This document shows, one piece after another, positions 8,791-10,850 of a stretch of DNA of 10,850 nucleotides (its first letter is position 1; every line of letters begins with the position of its first letter). The stretch comes from a virus. A program made the position numbers and the translations under genes. The stretch is from the UHGV virus genome UHGV-0105900, one strand, 5' to 3'. The notes beneath the pieces are model-generated. The model saw nothing but the letters and a program-made list of their open reading frames with translations. It made no database searches and had not been told where the DNA came from.

Positions 8791-8866
8791 TATAGAAATC
8801 AGTGAATTCGGAAAGGTCTGAAGTGTAGCACCACAAACGCTATTGATCGACACCGCCGATCAGTAC

Positions 8867-8886
8867 TACTGTATTAATATACAGTA
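8867..8886. promoter_or_regulatory. LexA (SOS) box TACTGTATTAATATACAGTA overlapping a candidate extended -10 (TGtATTAAT) for the downstream plus-strand gene
   Basis: CTGT-N8-ACAG palindrome, 19 of 20 matches to the consensus TACTGTATATATATACAGTA; 17 nt upstream of the humD-like start; lies in the 113-bp divergent region shared with gtrA. Confidence 0.85.
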
Positions 8887-8903
8887 ACTATCGGAGGTGA
8901 GTT

Positions 8904-9290
8904 ATGGGATTCCCGAGTCCGGCTCAAGACTATGTTGAAGAGCGCGTATTGCTCGACAAGCGCATCATAAGCAGACCAGCGGCCACGTATTTCATGAGAG
9001 CGGGTGCAACGCATCACCGCGAAGGCATCCTGAATGGTGCTCTTCTGGTAGTGGATGCATCGCTATCACCATGTGACGGCTCGTTGCTGGTTTGCAGAAT
9101 GGAAGGTGAGCTGAGGATTAAGCGATATCGCAAATCACCAAAGCCTCACCTGGAGGATTTGCAGACGGGAAGGCGTGAGGAGATACCGGCACACGATGAC
9201 GGCACGAGTCCGGATGCGATATTTGGTGTGATCACCTACATCATAAACGATGCACGCTCTGGCGAGTTTGATGATTGTCTGATTATGTGA
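8904..9290 (+). CDS. UmuD'-like (HumD-like) SOS mutagenesis accessory protein; S24-fold, naturally lacking the N-terminal arm, catalytic Ser position occupied by Thr
   Basis: 128 aa; starts M-GFPSPAQDYVEERV..., aligning with UmuD from Gly25 (the residue after the Cys24-Gly25 autocleavage site); aligned GDSM is GATH here, Lys of the dyad retained (RIKRY); GGAGG SD; in-frame stop at 8898-8900 directly upstream; no umuC follows. Confidence 0.8.
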   Translation: MGFPSPAQDYVEERVLLDKRIISRPAATYFMRAGATHHREGILNGALLVVDASLSPCDGSLLVCRMEGELRIKRYRKSPKPHLEDLQTGRREEIPAHDDGTSPDAIFGVITYIINDARSGEFDDCLIM

Positions 9291-9299
9291 AAATTTCGT

Positions 9300-9324
9300 T
9301 GTGTACCAAATTGCGTACCAAATA
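9300..9324 (+). repeat. Right-end copies of the GTACCAAA motifs (TGTGTACCAAA 9300-9310; GCGTACCAAATA 9313-9324); candidate integrase binding sites / right att region
   Basis: Exact 11-bp and 12-bp matches to the motifs at 8-18 and 32-43; located 10 nt after the last island gene and before host-like DNA. Confidence 0.45.
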
Positions 9325-9633
9325 AAAGTGTGATGAGAGAGATGGCTTTAATCACGCGGGTTTCGTGGCTGCTGCGCGTAATCGTGAAACAAAAAGGTAG
9401 ATTGTTGCTTACCGTCATTCATCATTAGGTTAAATCCGTTATTTCTGCTGTCTGCCAGAGTATCAAATATCACCGTGCTAATCAGCTTTAGCGCGACAAT
9501 TTGGCAGCGAGTGGCAACAGATCATGTCAGATAAAAATGAGGTAGTAGTCACATTTTCTTGCACTTTATTCCAGCCAGTTCATAAGTATTTCCGTAAAAA
9601 GAACAGCTATTTGAAACACCTGAGGGTTTGCTG

Positions 9634-10800
9634 TTGAAACGCCGTCTTATTATTGCTGCTTCTTTGTTCGTTTTTAATTTATCGTCTGGTTTTGCGGCGG
9701 AAAACATTCCTTTTTCACCTCAGCCTCCAGAGATTCATGCCGGGTCCTGGGTATTGATGGATTACACCACCGGTCAGATTCTCACCGCGGGTAATGAGCA
9801 TCAACAGCGCAATCCCGCCAGCCTGACAAAGCTGATGACGGGCTATGTCGTGGATCGCGCTATCGATAGTCATCGCATTACGCCAGACGATATTGTCACC
9901 GTGGGGCGTGATGCGTGGGCGAAAGATAATCCGGTGTTTGTCGGTTCTTCACTGATGTTTTTGAAAGAGGGCGATCGCGTATCGGTACGTGATTTAAGCC
10001 GAGGTTTAATTGTGGATTCCGGAAATGACGCGTGTGTTGCTCTGGCTGACTATATTGCCGGTGGGCAACGGCAGTTTGTTGAAATGATGAACAACTATGC
10101 CGAGAAGCTGCATCTCAAGGATACGCATTTTGAAACAGTGCATGGTCTGGATGCACCTGGCCAGCATAGCTCGGCTTATGATTTAGCCGTGCTTTCTCGC
10201 GCTATCATCCACGGCGAGCCCGAGTTTTATCATATGTACAGTGAGAAAAGCCTCACCTGGAACGGTATCACCCAGCAAAACCGTAACGGGTTATTGTGGG
10301 ATAAGACCATGAATGTTGACGGCCTGAAAACGGGCCATACTTCTGGTGCCGGGTTTAATCTTATTGCTTCGGCTGTAGACGGGCAGCGTCGCCTCATTGC
10401 AGTGGTAATGGGTGCTGACAGCGCAAAAGGTCGTGAGGAAGAGGCAAAAAAATTACTGCGTTGGGGGCAACAAAACTTTACTACGGTGCAAATTTTGCAC
10501 CGTAGGAAAAAGGTCGGTACGGAACGCATCTGGTATGGTGATAAAGAAAATATCGCCCTGGGAACGGAACAAGAGTTCTGGATGGTGCTACCGAAAGCCG
10601 AAATTCCACATATCAAAGCCAAATATACCCTTAATGGTAAAGAGCTCACCGCGCCAATTAGCGCCCATCAGCGGGTAGGGGAAATTGAACTTTACGACCG
10701 TGATAAACAGGTGGCGCACTGGCCGCTGGTTACCCTGGAATCTGTCGGGGAAGGCAGCATGTTTTCTCGCCTGAGTGATTATTTCCACCATAAGGCCTGA
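9634..10800 (+). CDS. dacD: D-alanyl-D-alanine carboxypeptidase, PBP5/6 family (PBP6b-like)
   Basis: Signal peptide, SxxK (SLTK), SxN (SGND) and KTG (KTGHT) motifs; sequence matches recalled E. coli DacD; probable TTG start at 9634 (388 aa) after GAGGG SD, alternative TTG at 9628. Confidence 0.88.
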   Translation: MKRRLIIAASLFVFNLSSGFAAENIPFSPQPPEIHAGSWVLMDYTTGQILTAGNEHQQRNPASLTKLMTGYVVDRAIDSHRITPDDIVTVGRDAWAKDNPVFVGSSLMFLKEGDRVSVRDLSRGLIVDSGNDACVALADYIAGGQRQFVEMMNNYAEKLHLKDTHFETVHGLDAPGQHSSAYDLAVLSRAIIHGEPEFYHMYSEKSLTWNGITQQNRNGLLWDKTMNVDGLKTGHTSGAGFNLIASAVDGQRRLIAVVMGADSAKGREEEAKKLLRWGQQNFTTVQILHRRKKVGTERIWYGDKENIALGTEQEFWMVLPKAEIPHIKAKYTLNGKELTAPISAHQRVGEIELYDRDKQVAHWPLVTLESVGEGSMFSRLSDYFHHKA

Positions 10801-10850
10801 CCTTTCTTTTGCAGCAGACTGGCAGGAGTGCGAGTCTGCTCGCATAATCA

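Noticed and set aside
8428-8853. Longer 141-aa version of gtrA starting at the GTG at 8853
   Set aside because: GtrA homologues begin MLKLFAKY..., corresponding to the ATG at 8790; the extension would also run through the candidate gtrA promoter and GATC sites.
8840-8865. Dam/OxyR phase-variation switch of the kind described for some Salmonella gtr operons
   Set aside because: Only two GATC sites (8845-8848, 8858-8861) are present rather than the two pairs expected, and I could not identify OxyR half-sites by eye; kept only as a weak possibility within the divergent-region finding.
9236-9418. Minus-strand ORF 9236-9418 (60 aa)
   Set aside because: Overlaps the humD-like 3' end and the att-repeat region, has no SD and low-complexity composition; likely spurious.
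9325-9627. A tRNA gene at the right junction as integration target
   Set aside because: No tRNA-like sequence (acceptor stem or T-arm GGTTCGAATCC-type motif) is visible between the right repeats and dacD; this region looks like ordinary promoter/intergenic DNA.
10230-10845. ORFs 10230-10649 (-), 10412-10678 (+), 10588-10845 (-) and a possible dacD terminator at 10812-10840
   Set aside because: The ORFs are shadows within dacD. The 8-bp inverted repeat after dacD has a 12-nt loop and no T-run, so it is not a convincing intrinsic terminator.

Overview
The window reads as enterobacterial (E. coli/Shigella-type) chromosome carrying a ~9.3 kb, heavily reduced mosaic lambdoid prophage-like island (about 1-9324) inserted upstream of the host DD-carboxypeptidase gene dacD (9634-10800). 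All identifications are by eye and from recalled protein and operator sequences; no searches were run. The island contains: a P4-family tyrosine integrase (50-1228) with a convergent AlpA/Xis-type excisionase; a complete phage-434-type immunity switch (cI 3247-3879, cro 3983-4198, three OR and three OL 14-bp ACAA-N6-TTGT operators); a lambda-like PL leader with a truncated nutL and an intact nutR but no N gene; a diverged cII; a lambda-type Q antiterminator with its PR'-tR' unit; the O-antigen glucosylation (serotype-conversion) operon gtrA-gtrB-gtrC on the minus strand; and a LexA-box-controlled UmuD'-like (HumD-like) gene. Replication, morphogenesis and lysis modules are absent, so this looks like a domesticated remnant that kept its regulatory switch plus lysogenic-conversion cargo. 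The most interesting unexplained items are (i) a 134-aa signal-peptide protein translationally coupled to cI in the slot where lambda carries rexAB, (ii) an N-less PL operon encoding a Cys-rich protein and a possible Ral-like protein, (iii) the orphan, naturally pre-truncated UmuD'-like gene sharing a 113-bp divergent control region with gtrA, and (iv) a Q/PR' unit that now points antisense into the gtr operon.
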